Origin: Octopus vulgaris
Lineage: Eukaryota
DNA length: 64,000 nt
Assembly: GCA_951406725.2 (NCBI GenBank)
Contig: OX597816.1
Span: forward strand, 125,860,001 to 125,924,000
Direction: 5' to 3'
Part shown: in pieces, positions 1 to 14,290 of the stretch
How the letters are laid out: each line of letters begins with the position of its first letter
How positions within the stretch are numbered: the first letter of the stretch is position 1
Translations under genes and position numbers: made by a program
The notes under the pieces: model-generated
Database searches by the model: none
Told to the model about the DNA's origin: nothing
What the model saw: only the letters and a program-made list of their open reading frames with translations

Positions 1-154
1 GATTAAATATTTTGTTATAAAGCTGATAACCACTTTTTGTTTGTGAATTGCATGTAAGATGGCATAGCTAAATATTTCATAAGCAATCTTTATTTTGTTT
101 TGCATTTTATATATATATATACATACACACACACACACATCAACTTTATCAAAA

Positions 155-340
155 TCATTTAACATCCATTTTCCATGCTGTTTGGGTTGGATGGTTTAAT
201 ATTAGCTAGAAAATCATAAGGTTGCATCAAACTCCAATATCAGATTTGGCATGGTTTCCTCAGCTGGATGTCCTGCCTAATGCCAACCACTTTACAGAAT
301 GTACATGGTGCTTTCTCGTACCACCAGCACTAAGAATGTC
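155..340 (-). mobile_element. Degenerate 3' end of RTE LINE / RTE-tailed SINE
   Basis: AACATCCATTTTCCATGCTG..GGGTTGGATGG..CAGCTGGATGTCCTGCCTAATGCCAACCAC matches the RTE 3' UTR seen at 19305-19620, 23560-23760 and (reverse) 27840-28010. Confidence 0.7.
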
Positions 341-1344
341 ACCAAGTAACTTGCAAGACAAGAAAAGAGTAGAAGAGAAAAAGCCTTCTTGACTTAATGG
401 GGAATGGGATATTTGAGAGTTGAGAGAGGTGATGATTCTATTCCTAGAGTTGAGATAAAGGGCCAAGCCCAAGTGTCTTCCAATACAGGAGATACAAAGC
501 TAAATTTCATATGTATATTATATACACACACATATATAATACATTAGCAAGATCCAATATGATCATGGTACAGACAATTGGTTAGTCACATGCATAGACA
601 ACACTCGTATATATTAACACAAAGTAGATAATAATCAATCAATACAGTTTATTATTCAATTATACACTTTATCCCATATTGAATTAGATAGATATTCCAA
701 TAAGATGACTGCCACTACAAACGTTGCTGATAATAAATCTGTGAGTGAAGGGAATGGAGTGGGTAGTTTTGTACTACATGTTTCAAGAGACTCACCAAAT
801 GAATAATACATAACTCTAAGGTGCTACATAGATGTTCAGTGTTCCTTCTAGTTAGGTACTTATCTATCCATTGCTTATAAAGTTTATTCTTGTAAAGAAT
901 TCACCAAGAAAAACTTGAAAAAAATACATACAATTTTGAAGGGGGGGTGTATGTAAGAAATGGCCAAGTATATACCACCACTACACCAAACTCCAGTGAA
1001 GTAGAAAGGTGTGTGTAATTTTAAGAAGGTCATATCTTTATTTGTATAAATGCTTGTGGAGATTTCATAGGTGATGAGTATTATTACCATAAGGTAATGA
1101 AATTGAAAAAGGTATCAAAGTGATAAGGGTTTAAAAAAATAAAAGATAACAGATAAAGTGCCTTTTATGAGATGTACTCATGCAATCCTACATTCAAGCT
1201 TACAAATGTACAGTATACATATACATGCATATATAAGGAAGACTGTACATTTGTATGTGCACATACATATATATACACATGTATACATACACGTATGTAT
1301 ACATAAACATACATAGACACACGTATATGTGTTCGTGTGTATAG

Positions 1345-1396
<52 letters not shown>

Positions 1397-1619
1397 GTCT
1401 ACACATACCTATATATTAAACAGTTGGAGAAAGTGAGAGACAAAGAAGACCTGTGAGAGTGAGAGACATATCCACCACCATCTCTCTCACACACTCCATC
1501 TCTGTCTTTCTAAGTCTCTCTTTCTTTCCTTTATTCTCCAGTTAGGATATCCTTGTATCTCTTCTATGTGAAGAACTCTATCTCTATCCATCTATCATTC
1601 TTTTAATTTCACATAAATT

Positions 1620-1870
1620 GGCACAATGCCACCTTCACTGGTTGCGGGGACTCTGTCTCGACTTGCAAGTCACTTGGTGGCCATACAGCTGTTCATGTCA
1701 CAAAAAAAAGCACCAGGTACATTCTATGGAGTGGTAAATTTTAGGAAGGGCCATGGAAACCATCCCAGAACAGGCACTAGAGCTTGGCACAGCCCTCTGG
1801 TTTGCCAGCTCTTATCAAACTGTCCAACCCATGCCAGCATAGAAAATGGACATTAAATGATGATAATATG
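1620..1870 (+). mobile_element. Degenerate RTE-type 3' end with (GAT)n tail
   Basis: CCAACCCATGCCAGCATAGAAAATGGACATTAAATGATGAT, same terminus as the RTE copies ending at 28010 and 43517. Confidence 0.7.
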
Positions 1871-2038
1871 ATGGCTGCAACTCAATTTCAAGCATTGCCA
1901 TTACTTGATTGTTCTCTTAATGCAAGAGACACATACAATTTTGTTGGGTGCTATGACACAACTTTCCCCCTGAAGATCAACTTTTTTTGTTGATTCTAAA
2001 CTTTTAGGGCTGCTATTACAAATGTACAGCAGATATAT

Positions 2039-3370
2039 CCCTTTCGTTACCAAACCACCCAAAGCCGCCCGAAAAAACTTTTGGTTCATGTGACCAAACC
2101 GCCCAAAACCGTCCGTAATTACCTATTCATATTTAAACGAGAATATCAGAGCAAATCTCGTTAGTACATTCGTGAAAATATGTGATTATACTTAGTAAAC
2201 AGTTCATCTACAGTTTTCTACAACGATCGACGTGTAATTTTAATTCCCTGAATTTTGGGAGATTTTTTTTCCACATTTTTTTCAGCTTTGAAAATGGATA
2301 GGAGTTTCATGTTATCAAGCATTGATTCCGAATTTAAAGCTTTTTCAACAGAAAATATGGAGATATCGAGAAAAAGAATGAAATAGGTACAGAAGCATGT
2401 GGTATACAAAATAATGAATAAGATATTTTTTTTATCCGAAAATGAAAGCAGCGATTCCGAAGAAACAAATCGGCGATGGTGACAGCAAAGACGATTTTAC
2501 ATCGGAATGAAGTAAAAAACTTTATAAATGTTTTTATTAGCAATTTTTCTGAGATAGAGTTTATTGATAGTCTTTCTTAGGAAGCGGAACCATTAGACTT
2601 TTATTTTTTTCAATATGCTAGTTTGAAGCGATCACTTCAGAAACAAATTTACGCAGATTGTAAACAAACACAAAATGGGGGATCAAAGTTTGGAAAATTT
2701 GTGAAGCAAATACTGGGTACTGTTGTGGATTTAGTTTTTATACAGGGAAACTAATGTTAGTCAGCGTGGCTTAGGGTATGATGTGGTCTGGAAGTTATTG
2801 TTTGAAGCGATCAATGCGGAAACAAATTTACGCAGATTGTAAACAAACACAAAATGGGGGATCAAATTTCGGAAAATTCGTGAAGTAAATACTGGGTACT
2901 GCGTGGAATTACTTTTTATACAGGGAAAATTATGTTAGTCAGCATGGCCTAAGGAACGATGTGGTCTGGAATTTATCACTTCCATACTATAACCAGGGCC
3001 GTATATTATTTTTTGACTGATTTCTTTAGTTCGGTCAAACTTGCGGTGGATTCCAGTATTTCACTTTATTCCACCTTTATGGTACACCTGTTGTGCATTA
3101 AATTCAACTGATGATCTAGTGATGTGCACAATTCTTCTTTATCAAAATTTTGTTGCACACCCATTTGAATATTAGCTGATGATCCATTTTCTATGGTGAT
3201 GTTTAAACAAAATTTTTATATTTTTACCTTTTGCTCAATTTACCTGGATTTACCTGTAATTAAAGTCAATTTGAGACAAAAGTTATGCAATAGAATTGAT
3301 TAAGAACCCTTTCTTTAATTATGTTCCAAATATCACATTAATATGTTGATAAGTAAAAAAGTTAGTTATT
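2039..3370 (+). mobile_element. Internally deleted piggyBac-family transposon remnant
   Basis: Starts CCCTTTCGTTACC (piggyBac-like terminus). Broken frames give FEAITSETN, TKWGIKVWKICEANTGYCCGFSFYTG, RGLGYDVVWKL and PYYNQGRILF, typical of PGBD-type transposases. The right end is not clearly recognisable. Confidence 0.75.
2622..2972 (+). repeat. ~179-bp tandem duplication inside the piggyBac transposase remnant
   Basis: TTTGAAGCGATCA..GAAACAAATTTACGCAGATTGTAAACAAACACAAAATGGGGGATCAAA..GATGTGGTCTGGAA occurs at 2622 and again at 2801. Confidence 0.9.
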
Positions 3371-3494
3371 TAAAAACAGCAATACAAATTCATCTGAGTG
3401 AGCAATGACACCACGGATGGAGTAAGCATACTGTTAGCATAGAAATAGCTGAAGAAAAGAAGTAATTGAGTTGGTCAGGGTGGGCAATAGAGTA

Positions 3495-5210
3495 GTTAAG
3501 ATGAGACTAATTATAGGCAACTTAACAGTAACAGTTGTCTCTACATATGTCCCAGTGGCAGGATCGACTGAAGGACAGTTTCTATGTGACACTTCTGCAG
3601 AATACCTCATTGATGATTGACAGCAACTTCATCATAGTAGCTAGTGACTATAATGGACATGTTGTATGATATGTTGATTGCTTCCATGACATATATGGCA
3701 TTATGGAAGTGGTGCTTGAAATGAGGCCATAAAGTGTCTGAAGTTCTGTGATGCAAATGATTTAATAATTTGCAATTCACACTCTAGGAAGTCAGTCAAC
3801 CATCTCAAGATCTACAAAGTTAGCAATTGCACAAGTTAGATTACATTTTCACCAGGAAGCAGAAGAGAAGTGCTACTTTCCTAGGAAAGAATGCACTATA
3901 CAATATAGATTATTGACTTCAGAATCAGAGCTAAGAAGACAGTAACAAAAGATGACAGGGAAAAGGAAGATGTAGATATTAAAAATCCCACAATTGAGAA
4001 CAGATTTATAGAAATTCTAATTGATGCATATGACTATAGAAAGAATGATTTAGATACTTGTAGCATAGACAAAACCTGTAAATTTCTATGATCAGACATG
4101 TGGCTGGAGCAATGTTCCAGCCAAGCCAAAAGTAATATGATGCAAAAGTGATATGGTTGACAGGATGGTAAATACTAAAAGACAAGCTTGGAAAACTTGG
4201 AAGGAAAGTGGATGTAAGGAGCAATACCAAATGGTTACAGAGTAGCAAGGCAACAGGTATACATAACTAAGAGAGAGGTAAAAAGAAAATGATTTATGTA
4301 TGCCTTGCAAAGTGAGGATAAAAGGTGTAAGGTGTTTGGGACAATGAGACAGTGTGTGAAAGAGAACATTGATGACATTGGTGAGAGATGTATTCAGAAT
4401 AATGGAAGCTTACTTGCCATAAAAAAGGACAAGAAGTGGAATGAAAGTGCTATTATGTGAGGCTTTAAATGGGACAAATGCCTAGGATAATAAATGGTTA
4501 CCTCAAGGTGAATTTATAGATGACCAAGCAATTCAAGCTGACATCAATGTGGTAGATAAAAATGATCAAGGTCAAGGGAAAATTGTGGGGCTATCAGAGA
4601 TAGTTGCAGTGATGTTTAAACTATTCTGGGAGGTAGGTTATATGATTACTATACAGAAAGTTAACTAAGTTATACAAGAATGAGTCATACCCAATGACTG
4701 GTGTAGCAGTATCATCATAAACTTCTACAAAGGTAAGAGAAATGCCTTAGAAAGAAGCAACTATAGAAGAATCAAACTACTGGATCAGACTATGAGCGTA
4801 TAAGAGAAAGGCATGACACAAGTGACTCGGATGAGATGAAGTTTGGATTCATGTACCAGAAGAGATACCACAGCAGCAGTCTTCCTAATGAAACAATTGT
4901 AGACGTACTCAGCTCTGATTAAACTATTATTCCTAGCATTTGTTGACTGAGAGAAAGTATTTGACAGAGTACCACATCCATAAATCTGGTGGTTACTAAG
5001 GAAGTTAAGTATTGATGAATAGTGTGTGAGGAATGTAAAAGCCATATTGAAAGACATAGTTTTTAAAGTGAGTCTCCAACAATTTCATTATTGAGAGAAA
5101 TAATCCATCAAAGCTCAATCCTCATTGCACTACCAGTTACGAAACTCCTATATATAGATGATCAAGTTCTCATAACTGAGCCAAGAGGCTGTATTCGAAA
5201 ACAAACTGGT
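3495..5210 (+). pseudogene. Old, heavily disrupted RTE LINE ORF (APE endonuclease + reverse transcriptase)
   Basis: Fragments read LIIGNLTVTVVSTYVP, SDYNGHV, IPNDWCSSIIINFYKGKRNALERSNYRRIKLLDQ, AFVD*EKVFDRVP and LLYIDD, with many stops and frameshifts. Confidence 0.8.
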
Positions 5211-5299
5211 ATGAATAATCTTGAGAACCCTTTTATCACACCTATTCCATGAATCCACCATTAGAATCAATGGCTGCTTCAATATGAGGACAGAAGCAC

Positions 5300-5760
5300 T
5301 GACATACCTGAATCACATGATCTTTATCAATTTTGGATATAGTGATGGTTATGGCAGAGACTTGAGAATTTGTATAGTGTTATGAGGGTGTTGCTTGATC
5401 TCTCTATCTTGACTATGACCCATACAGTAGATTGAGGTCTGGTGAGATAGGAGGCCATGTTTTCTTGTAGAACATGGAAATTGGCACATATCCATACTTG
5501 GGTTGTCCAAACCTTATGGGACGAAGCAGAATCTTGTTGGAAGGTGTAGTCTTCCATTGCAGACTTTGTCTATTCAGGGCTTCACAACTTTCTCCAACAC
5601 CTCTGTAGACAGTGGCATTGACTTTTAAACCTTGTCCAAAAAAGTGAAGATGCATGACAGCTCTTCCATTGCTGGTGACTCTCAGAATCATTACATTTGC
5701 TGGGAACTTAGGATGCATGAGTGTTGGAACCTCATTTGGGTCTCTGCATAATCGTCTGTC
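5300..5760 (-). mobile_element. Tc1/mariner transposase fragment, maT (DD37D)-like
   Basis: ORFs 5413-5718 and 5327-5557 give HPKFPANVMILRVTSNG..HFFGQGLKVNA, YTFQQDSASSHK and WPPISPDLN; no TIRs found. Confidence 0.7.
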
Positions 5761-6740
5761 ATTCGTTCAGTTTACATTTAGCTGCTGATGTTAGATCCCC
5801 TTCAACAGTGTTAGCTGGATATACTACAACTTTGGTAATCCTACCAACCCTGCCATTGATAAAATTAGTGATTTGTTTAGTGAAGGTAGTAATAGCCCTG
5901 TGCACAGCAGCCTGAACTACACACTGTGTGGACCCTTAACAAATTGTGTAATTGTAAATGTCCCTCCACCTTCCATTAGATAACAGGTGCTTAATGAACA
6001 ACATTAACTTTCTATATTTAGTTAGTACGAATCAGGATAGACATATTTAGATAGGTGATACATGTGACTCCAAATCTATATTACATGATCACATATGATC
6101 CTTAGGAGCAAAGCCAAGGCTGTTAGCACAGCTTTACATAAAACAATTTGGAATTTAAAGGACTTAGTTGACTACAATATCAATGGTCAATCATTCAATG
6201 TGCAAAAACCAATAGTAGCTATAATAATAGATGCTCTTTATGCATTGAAGAGTTTATGACAAACACGTACAATAAGGACATTATTAACAGATTTGATGAA
6301 ATTATTATAAGATGTAAACATAAATTACAAAACACCATTCACTATTACATATCATATTTCCCAAATCATATCACCAATTAATCCCTCTTCATTTGTAATT
6401 ATTGGTATTTTCTAAGAGAACTTGATTTTCCCTTGTTAGATAACTCATTATGAAAAATATACATAAATTATGCAACAGCTTACACCAGTACAAACACTAA
6501 TTCCTATGCAACAGTGCCATCACACACTATCTATGAGCAGTAACTGAACATTTTGTAAGGAACATCACCTTTTCTAGCCTCTAGGTCGGTACCTACTTTA
6601 AAATTATTTACTGTAATTATAATGTTGCCCGGTAGACTTTAAACATATCTTTATTAACTACTATATGCAAGCACCAGGTTTTTATATTACTCCTCTAAGT
6701 TACATGAAAATGCAGGGATCTAGATGAAATATACTTCCCA

Positions 6741-6782
<42 letters not shown>

Positions 6783-7254
6783 TATATGTATGTATATATA
6801 TATATGTGTTTATATATAAGATATACATATATATATATATATATATATGTATGTATATATATATGTGTTTATATATAAGATATACATATATATATATATA
6901 CATATATATATAAGTATATATATGTATGTATATATATATGTGTTTATATATAAGATATGCATATATATATATATAAGTATATATATATACATATGTATAC
7001 ATGAATATAAACATATATATATATATATACATCTATACATATGTATACATGTATATAAACATATATCTATATACATACATATATATACATACACATATAT
7101 ATAAACATATATTATATATATATACATACATATATAGATGTACATACACACATCTATATACATACATATGCCCACATATATACACACATATACATACATA
7201 CATATATATACATATGTACTTATACGTATATACATATATACATGTATATATACA

Positions 7255-7856
7255 TATATAAAATACAAAATGGGACAAGAACGCAAACATCTAGACAACT
7301 AGGTGATACAAAAAAGGGTCAACAAAACATCCAAATAGACGATAAAAAATACAAGGATGGGTCATTCGAAGCTTTCTATCCTCAGTCAAGAACCGGATCA
7401 TCCTCACAATTTCAACTCATTAATCTTGAGATTGCTACCAATCTGTCCAGCCTCAAGGAAAAACTAAGCTAAGAGCATTAGATTCCTTGGAAGAAAGCAT
7501 CGAATGTATATGAAAACAGGCACGGAAAATCAGACAGTGTTACACACACAAATATAAATACAAAATACAATAAAAATAATTATTATTTCTTTCTTTCTTT
7601 TCGTATACATTCGATGCTTTCTTCCAAGGAATCTAATGCTCTTAGCTTAGTTTATTCCTTGGGGCTTGCCAGATTGGAGCAATCTCAAGATTAATCAGCC
7701 GAAATTGCAAGGATGATCCAGTTCTTGACTGAGGATAGGAAGCTTCGAATGACCCGTCCTTTTTTTTTGTATCGTCCATCTGGATGTTTTGTTGTCCCTT
7801 TTGTATCACCTAGTTGCCCGGATGTTTGCATTCTTGTCCCATTTTGTATTTTATAT
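7255..7856. repeat. Fold-back inverted repeat, ~260-bp arms (7255-7515 / 7598-7856), probable PLE terminus
   Basis: AAATACAAAATGGGACAAGAACGCAAACATC..GAAAGCATCGAATGTATA is the reverse complement of TATACATTCGATGCTTTC..GATGTTTGCATTCTTGTCCCATTTTGTATTT; flanked by (TA)n. Confidence 0.9.
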
Positions 7857-7906
7857 TATATATATATACATATATATATATATATAGTGACGTATGTACA
7901 CTTTGT

Positions 7907-7961
<55 letters not shown>

Positions 7962-8179
7962 CATATATATATATATACATATGCATATATATATACATAC
8001 ACATATATATTTATACATACATATATTTATATATGCATATATATATTTACACATATGTACATAAATATGCATATATATGTACACACACGTATATATATAT
8101 GTACATATATATACATGTATACAGACATATAGACATATAAATACATATACGTAGATATATATATATACACACATATATA

Positions 8180-8214
<35 letters not shown>

Positions 8215-8782
8215 CACATGTATAAATATATACTTATATAAAAATATATATGTGTATGCAAATATATATGTATATACATACATATACACATATATACATA
8301 TATATATATATACTTATATATACATATACTTATATATATACTTATATATACATATACTTATATATATAAATGCTAGCATGGAAAACGGACATATATACAT
8401 ATATATATATCCAGCTGTAGTAACTTTTACCAAGTCAGATTTGGAGCCTAGTGCAGCCTTCTGTCTCACCACCCGTCAGTGAAACCATCCAAACCATGCC
8501 AGCATGGAAAGCAGAGGTTAAACGATGATGATGATTATGATGATATATATATTTATATATATATACATACATGTACACACATACACGTATATACATATAC
8601 ATATGCACACACATATATAGTTATATATATATATACACACACATATATACATATATATACGCATATATATACATATATATATATACACATATATATATAT
8701 ACGTACACACGCATATATATATATATATATACATGTATATATACATAGATATACACACATTTATATATATATATTTACACAT

Positions 8783-8983
8783 ATTACGGAGATGTACTTG
8801 CATAGCAAGTGACCTGATCTGAGATTGTGTGCTGGAACGAAAACAACTGCAGCATGGAAGGTGTTTATAAGCCATTTAAGAAACATACAAAATCCATTAG
8901 ATTCAGTTCAACATGTAAATTTAATTTGTCAAAATATTTTCGTCACTTGAGACTGTGACCTGTTCACTGACAAAATTCAGTGC

Positions 8984-8988
<5 letters not shown>
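8783..8988 (-). mobile_element. Solo 3' terminus (~205 bp) of the GIY-YIG Penelope-like element found at 61236-64000
   Basis: Aligns to 60597-60805 (inverted) and to 61236-61380; contains the GTGAACA hammerhead-like fold at 8925-8974. Confidence 0.8.
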
Positions 8989-9035
<47 letters not shown>

Positions 9036-9181
9036 CATATATATATAGACATTACATATATACACCTATATAGATATTTACACACACACACACACATATA
9101 TATATATGTGTGTGTGTAAATATATATATACATACACACATATATTTATATATATACATGTATTTATATATGTGTGTATTT

Positions 9182-9221
<40 letters not shown>

Positions 9222-9857
9222 ATATATATACACATGTATATACACATATATGTATATATACATATATATATACACATATATCTATACACACAATTGGTGA
9301 AATTCAATGAGAATTTATTGAACAAGCTCATTCACTTGGATTTGAAGCAATTCACTAGGGAATTTGCCTAACAGAATTGGATATAGTCAGTCTTATGATA
9401 TAGTCAGTCAACAGGCAATCTAGCTGAAATGACCCAACCTGCATCACAGAGTACTTTTTCACATTCATAATGCTCATTCACCCGCTGTCACTACTTTGAT
9501 GAAAACTGCTATCTCTACCACCTTCTATATTCTCCTAATCAAGCACTTTCAGATTATTGCAATTGCTCTCCAATAGTCTGTGATGTATTGTGTTGAGTGA
9601 GAAAGGAGAGCAGAAAACATAGCTCAATTAATTATTCTAGTCAAAACTCACTGATTTCTACCATCAAGGTACTGAAAAGTGAATGGAATACTGGCAAGAA
9701 GTCATGAGCAATGAAAGAGAATATGACTGACTGATTTGTTAAAAGTGTTGATGGAAAATACAATTACAATAAATGGAAAACAAAACAAATGAATTTATAT
9801 GACAACCCAATATATGATACTTATCATATATATCATACATAATATATTTATAATATA

Positions 9858-9891
<34 letters not shown>

Positions 9892-9894
<3 letters not shown>

Positions 9895-10080
9895 GGTGGT
9901 GAACTGGCAGAATCATTGGCACACCAAGCAAATGCTTGGTGGCATTTCATCTCCTTTCAAACTCTGAGTTCAAATTCCAGCAAGGTCAAGTATTTGTTTT
10001 ATCCTTCTGAGGTCATTAAAATAAGAACCAGCTGAGCCCCTCTCCTGAAATCTCTGGCCTTGTGCCAAAATTTGGAACCA
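9892..10080 (+). mobile_element. tRNA-derived SINE, Nin-domain-like (degenerate)
   Basis: GGTGAACTGGCAGAATC head, GAGTTCAAATTCC B-box, and TTTTATCCTTCTGAGGTCATTAAAATAAGAACCAG core; same family as 38771-39188. Confidence 0.65.
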
Positions 10081-10195
10081 ATATATATATATGTGCATAA
10101 TCGAGGCTGAAAACAATCATAGATGGCGACAGCACCAACAACAGAGGTCACAAGTCAAATTGCACACATGTACATATAAGTAATTATATGAATTA

Positions 10196-10239
<44 letters not shown>

Positions 10240-10384
10240 TATAGATACATATAATCTAAACTGAGAGAATGGAGCAGGTAAAATTCAGTCTGCATATGTT
10301 TCCTAGCTAGCAGAACCTTGGAAGTAATAATTACTCAACAAGGGATACCCTACTAGCTACTTATCAGGTCAAAGATACCTTTAT

Positions 10385-10545
10385 TAAATGAAGGTTACAC
10401 TCGTCAAGGGATCACAAGTTAACTTGCAGGAGATTTGAGAGAAAATGAGTGGAAAGTACTTTTATTTTATTTTCCCACTCGTTTTCGATCACATCTCCTG
10501 CAAGTTAACTTGGGATCCCTTGACAACAATATAACCTTCATTTAA
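10385..10545. repeat. Hairpin with ~70-bp imperfect arms
   Basis: TTAAATGAAGGTTA..GTCAAGGGATCACAAGTTAACTTGCAGGAGAT pairs with ATCTCCTGCAAGTTAACTTGGGATCCCTTGAC..TAACCTTCATTTAA. Confidence 0.85.
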
Positions 10546-10557
10546 CTAACATATCTA

Positions 10558-11480
10558 AGGTATTGGGCCTACTCATGTTCATTATTTACATTGAAGATAT
10601 CTTTGATATCATCAAACACAGCAACATAAGAACTTTCACAAATAATTCTAAGCTTCTAGAGGTAGGAGATAGGACAATTCTCCAACAAGAACTGCTTGCT
10701 GTTATCTAATGGGTGGTGGGGACAATATACAGCTAAACAAGGATTAATTTTAATTAATCCACTTCAGTAAAAAGGCTCCCATATACTGTTCCCTAGAGCA
10801 AAATCCCCACATCATCACCTCAAAGTGAATGGTGACAACAACTTAAGTTCAAGTGCCCACTTAAAAGGCAAATTTGACATGACTCCGAGGTGTGCTTCTG
10901 GATCCTCAGGACTTTATAATTTTTTTCTATATTTTTATCAGTCCTCACCTAGGTTACTGCTGTCCACTATGGTCTCTACACACAGGAGAAAATATATAAA
11001 TTGAAGAACATCAAAGATCAACCATTAAAAAAACAAAAAAAAAAAAATACTTAACGGCTCAATACCACAGTGAGTGCTATATCATTAGCATGATGGGGAA
11101 AATAAACCACTGACATCACCCAAATGATTCTGGCAACAACTTTAAAATTCACTGAAGGTCTGGTTCCCATACCATTCATCCTCATCACACATCATAACAC
11201 GAACAACTATTTCATCTCTACTAGCCCAGCTCTCTTTAACATCATGCCAAAACACAGAAGAAAAAGGAAAACTCTCTTAACATTCAAATGATTCCTGGAT
11301 GAAATTCTCCAACAAATTTCAGATACACCACTTACACCCAGATATATCTCTGCAAACAATAACCTGATTGGGTTCTGATGCCTATAGAATGTCTGTAATA
11401 TGAAACATCATTATATTTCTTCCCCATGAGGTACTATTAAGCTAGACATGGCCTGGGCCAATTCTGTCCCCAAACTATCT
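10558..11480 (+). pseudogene. Old CR1-type LINE RT/3' fragment
   Basis: VLGLLMFIIYIEDIFDIIKHSNIRTFTNNSKL resembles the CR1 GPLLFIIYINDI..FADDSKL segment; disrupted. Confidence 0.55.
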
Positions 11481-11783
11481 CTCTATCTAGTATATGTATA
11501 GTGTGTGTGTGTATGTAGTAAAATATATCAATCGAAATATACAGTATTATAGATTCAGTTCAATCAATTTTACCAACCACTTTCACACGAGGTATTAGAT
11601 AATGGAATAGTAGATAACAGCATGGTTAATAAACACTGTTATCTAATAGCTGGTAAGAAAGGCTGCAATGAATCTATAATACTATATACTTTAATATATA
11701 TTTTATGTATACACTTTGATTATATACTCTTGATGAGTTTACCAGTGTGTATTTTTTCTGACATGGATTTTTAGATGACTATG

Positions 11784-11821
<38 letters not shown>

Positions 11822-11942
11822 ATGCACACATGAGTATAGATATTTAAATAATATATATGTATATATATATATAAATATATATATATACATAAACTTAGAC
11901 ATATAAATAAGGTTCAGTGTATGTGTGCTTGTGTGTGTATAA

Positions 11943-11987
<45 letters not shown>

Positions 11988-12737
11988 GGTGTGTGTGTAT
12001 AGCTATAGATATATATCTATATGATATATAAAGAATACAAATGGTTTAAGGTCCACTACAGCTATTTTAGACAATTTCTATTGATGTATAAACCAATTAC
12101 AATACGAAAAAATTGACTCATAAAAAATAACGATGTGGAATTCTTTATACACTCAGCATGAGTGATATATTTTTATAGAGTGAGGAAGTTTACCATAAGA
12201 AGAGAGATCTCTTCTGTTGCTGTCTCAGATTTTGAAATTTTAAATTTAAGTCAAAATTTTTCAAATTTGGTATATTGATGTAATTTTTCACGCTGAATCT
12301 AAGTTTGTGATTTATTTATTCCAGTAAAATTTTAAAATAGTGTTACAGAGGTTTACAGTTTGATAATTTTTACACAATCAGAAAACAAGATTTGGAAGCT
12401 AAAGATTTTTTGCTTGACAAGCTGTGTATAATAAAATGAAAGTAAATATTAGAAGATGAGATTTTAAACAAAGTAAAGGCTATGCATGAGAATTAATACA
12501 TACACCAAGCGAGTAAATGTCAAGAGGATGATAAATACATATAGAGAGATTGACAAGTTGAGTTATTTCTTGCAGCAAATTATATTTCTTTTTATCATTA
12601 TTTTGGGATGCAGATTTCAAAAATCAAATTCATTTTTCTTGAAGATGCGCCATTTCAGAGCCTTTTTGGGATAAACACACATACGTAATCACATATACTT
12701 GTATCTATATAGTAGATATATACATATATAATAATAA

Positions 12738-13617
12738 AGGTGGTATCAAATAGTTCTTGGACTAGTTCTCTAGCATGTTAACAGATAACGGCATATGGTT
12801 GTGTATGCAGTGAGAGCAAACACTGAACTTCATGTGGCAGTGTGTCGAGTGACATTGCTGTGTTTACTTTGCAAGTTGTGAAACTTGTGTTTTTGTGATC
12901 ACATGTATGCTGTAGTCTGCAATTTTATCAAGGACTGGATGTTGAAACAAAGAGTCAACATGAAATTTTGTGTTAGACCAGAGAAGTCTGCTGAAAAGAC
13001 ATTGAGCATGCTTTGGCAAGCTTATGGTGATGAGGTAATGGGTCGTACACAATGTTTCGAGTGGGACAGATGCTGCTGAGGAATGTCCCTGGAAGATGAT
13101 GAACAATCTGGAAAACTGCTATGAGTGTCATCCCTAGAAATATAGTACAGTCCACCAATAATTCATCCCTTAGGGCCAGAACATCAATTGAGAGTTCTAC
13201 TGCAATGTATTGAAGTATTTGAGGAAGGAGATTTGGCAAAAGCAACCAGATCTGTGGAGCACGAAGAACAGGATTCTTCACTGTCCACTCCTTGTGAGTT
13301 TCTCACCAAACACATCACTTCCACACCTGCCCTATTTGCTAGATTTAGCACCTGCAGACTTCTATCTCTTCCCCAAGATGACAAGACAGCTCAAAGGTTG
13401 CCATTTTAACACTGCTGTCAAGATCCAGAGCGAATCACAAAAGGTCCTTGACTCACAAAATTGTCTTCCAGGCCAGATTTCAAAAGTGGCAGGAATGCTG
13501 GGACCAGTATATTGCTGCACAAGGTGACTATTTTGAAAGAGATGATGTTAAAACTTGGGTAAATAAGTTATTTTTTTATTAAAAATAACTCGTTTGGAAA
13601 CCTTTTGATACCACCTC
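12738..13617 (+). mobile_element. Internally deleted mariner (DD34D-type) transposon
   Basis: TIRs AGGTGGTATCAAA / TTTGATACCACCT. N-terminal HTH reads QRVNMKFCVRPEKSAEKTLSMLWQAYGDEVMGRTQCFEW; C-terminus HLPYLLDLAPADFYLFPKM..LKG is a decayed YSPDLAPxD motif. Confidence 0.85.
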
Positions 13618-13899
13618 CTATACATATGATAATATCTAATATTTCCTAAATGCCAGATGTGTTGTCACTGTAGACTGGAAACAATGGATATCAATGATCA
13701 TATGGTTGTCTTGCTTGCTTACATTTATTACTCAATGTTAAGTCAAAAAGACACTAATCTACTCACAAACATACATATTATTACATACAATCATGTGTGT
13801 GTGTGTATGAGAGAGAGGTAGTAATATAAACAAAATTAGGTTTTACATATATATATTTGTTTATGTACACATATGAGTATATGCACAAAAATATACAAT

Positions 13900-14290
13900 A
13901 AGTATGTGGCTGTGTGGTAAGAAGCTTGCTTCCCAGCCACATGGTTCCAGGTTCAGTTCTGCTTCATGGCAACTTGGGCAAGTGTCTTCTACTATAACTT
14001 CAAGGCTGACCAAAGCCTTGTGAGTGGATTTGGTAGACAGAAACTGAAAGAAGCCTGTCATATATATATAATTTGTGTGCATTTGTGTCTGTGTTATCCC
14101 TCCACACCATCGCTGGACAACTGATGATGGTGTGTTTTCGTCCCTGTAACTTAGTGGTTTGGCAAAAGATACCAATATAATAAGCACCAGGCTTACAAAG
14201 AATAAGGGGTTGATTTCTTCAATTAAAAAAGGCGGTGATCCAGCATGGCCACAGTCAAATGACTGAAACAAGTAAAAGAAATAAAAGAAG
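13900..14290 (+). mobile_element. Full-length tRNA-derived SINE with CR1-type tail
   Basis: TGGCTGTGTGG A-box, GGTTCAGTTC B-box, TTGGGCAAGTGTCTT core, central (TA/TG)n, tail GGCGGTGATCCAGCATGGCCACAGTCAAATGACTGAAACAAGTAAAAG. Confidence 0.85.

Noticed and set aside
7678-7765. Hammerhead motifs in the 7.3-7.9 kb fold-back (CTGAGGA..GAAT..GTC and CTCAAGA..GAAA)
   Set aside because: The cores are incomplete and I could not form stem I; at most decayed relics
12220-12680. Possible DNA-transposon fragment
   Set aside because: No TIRs, TSD or coding motif could be established
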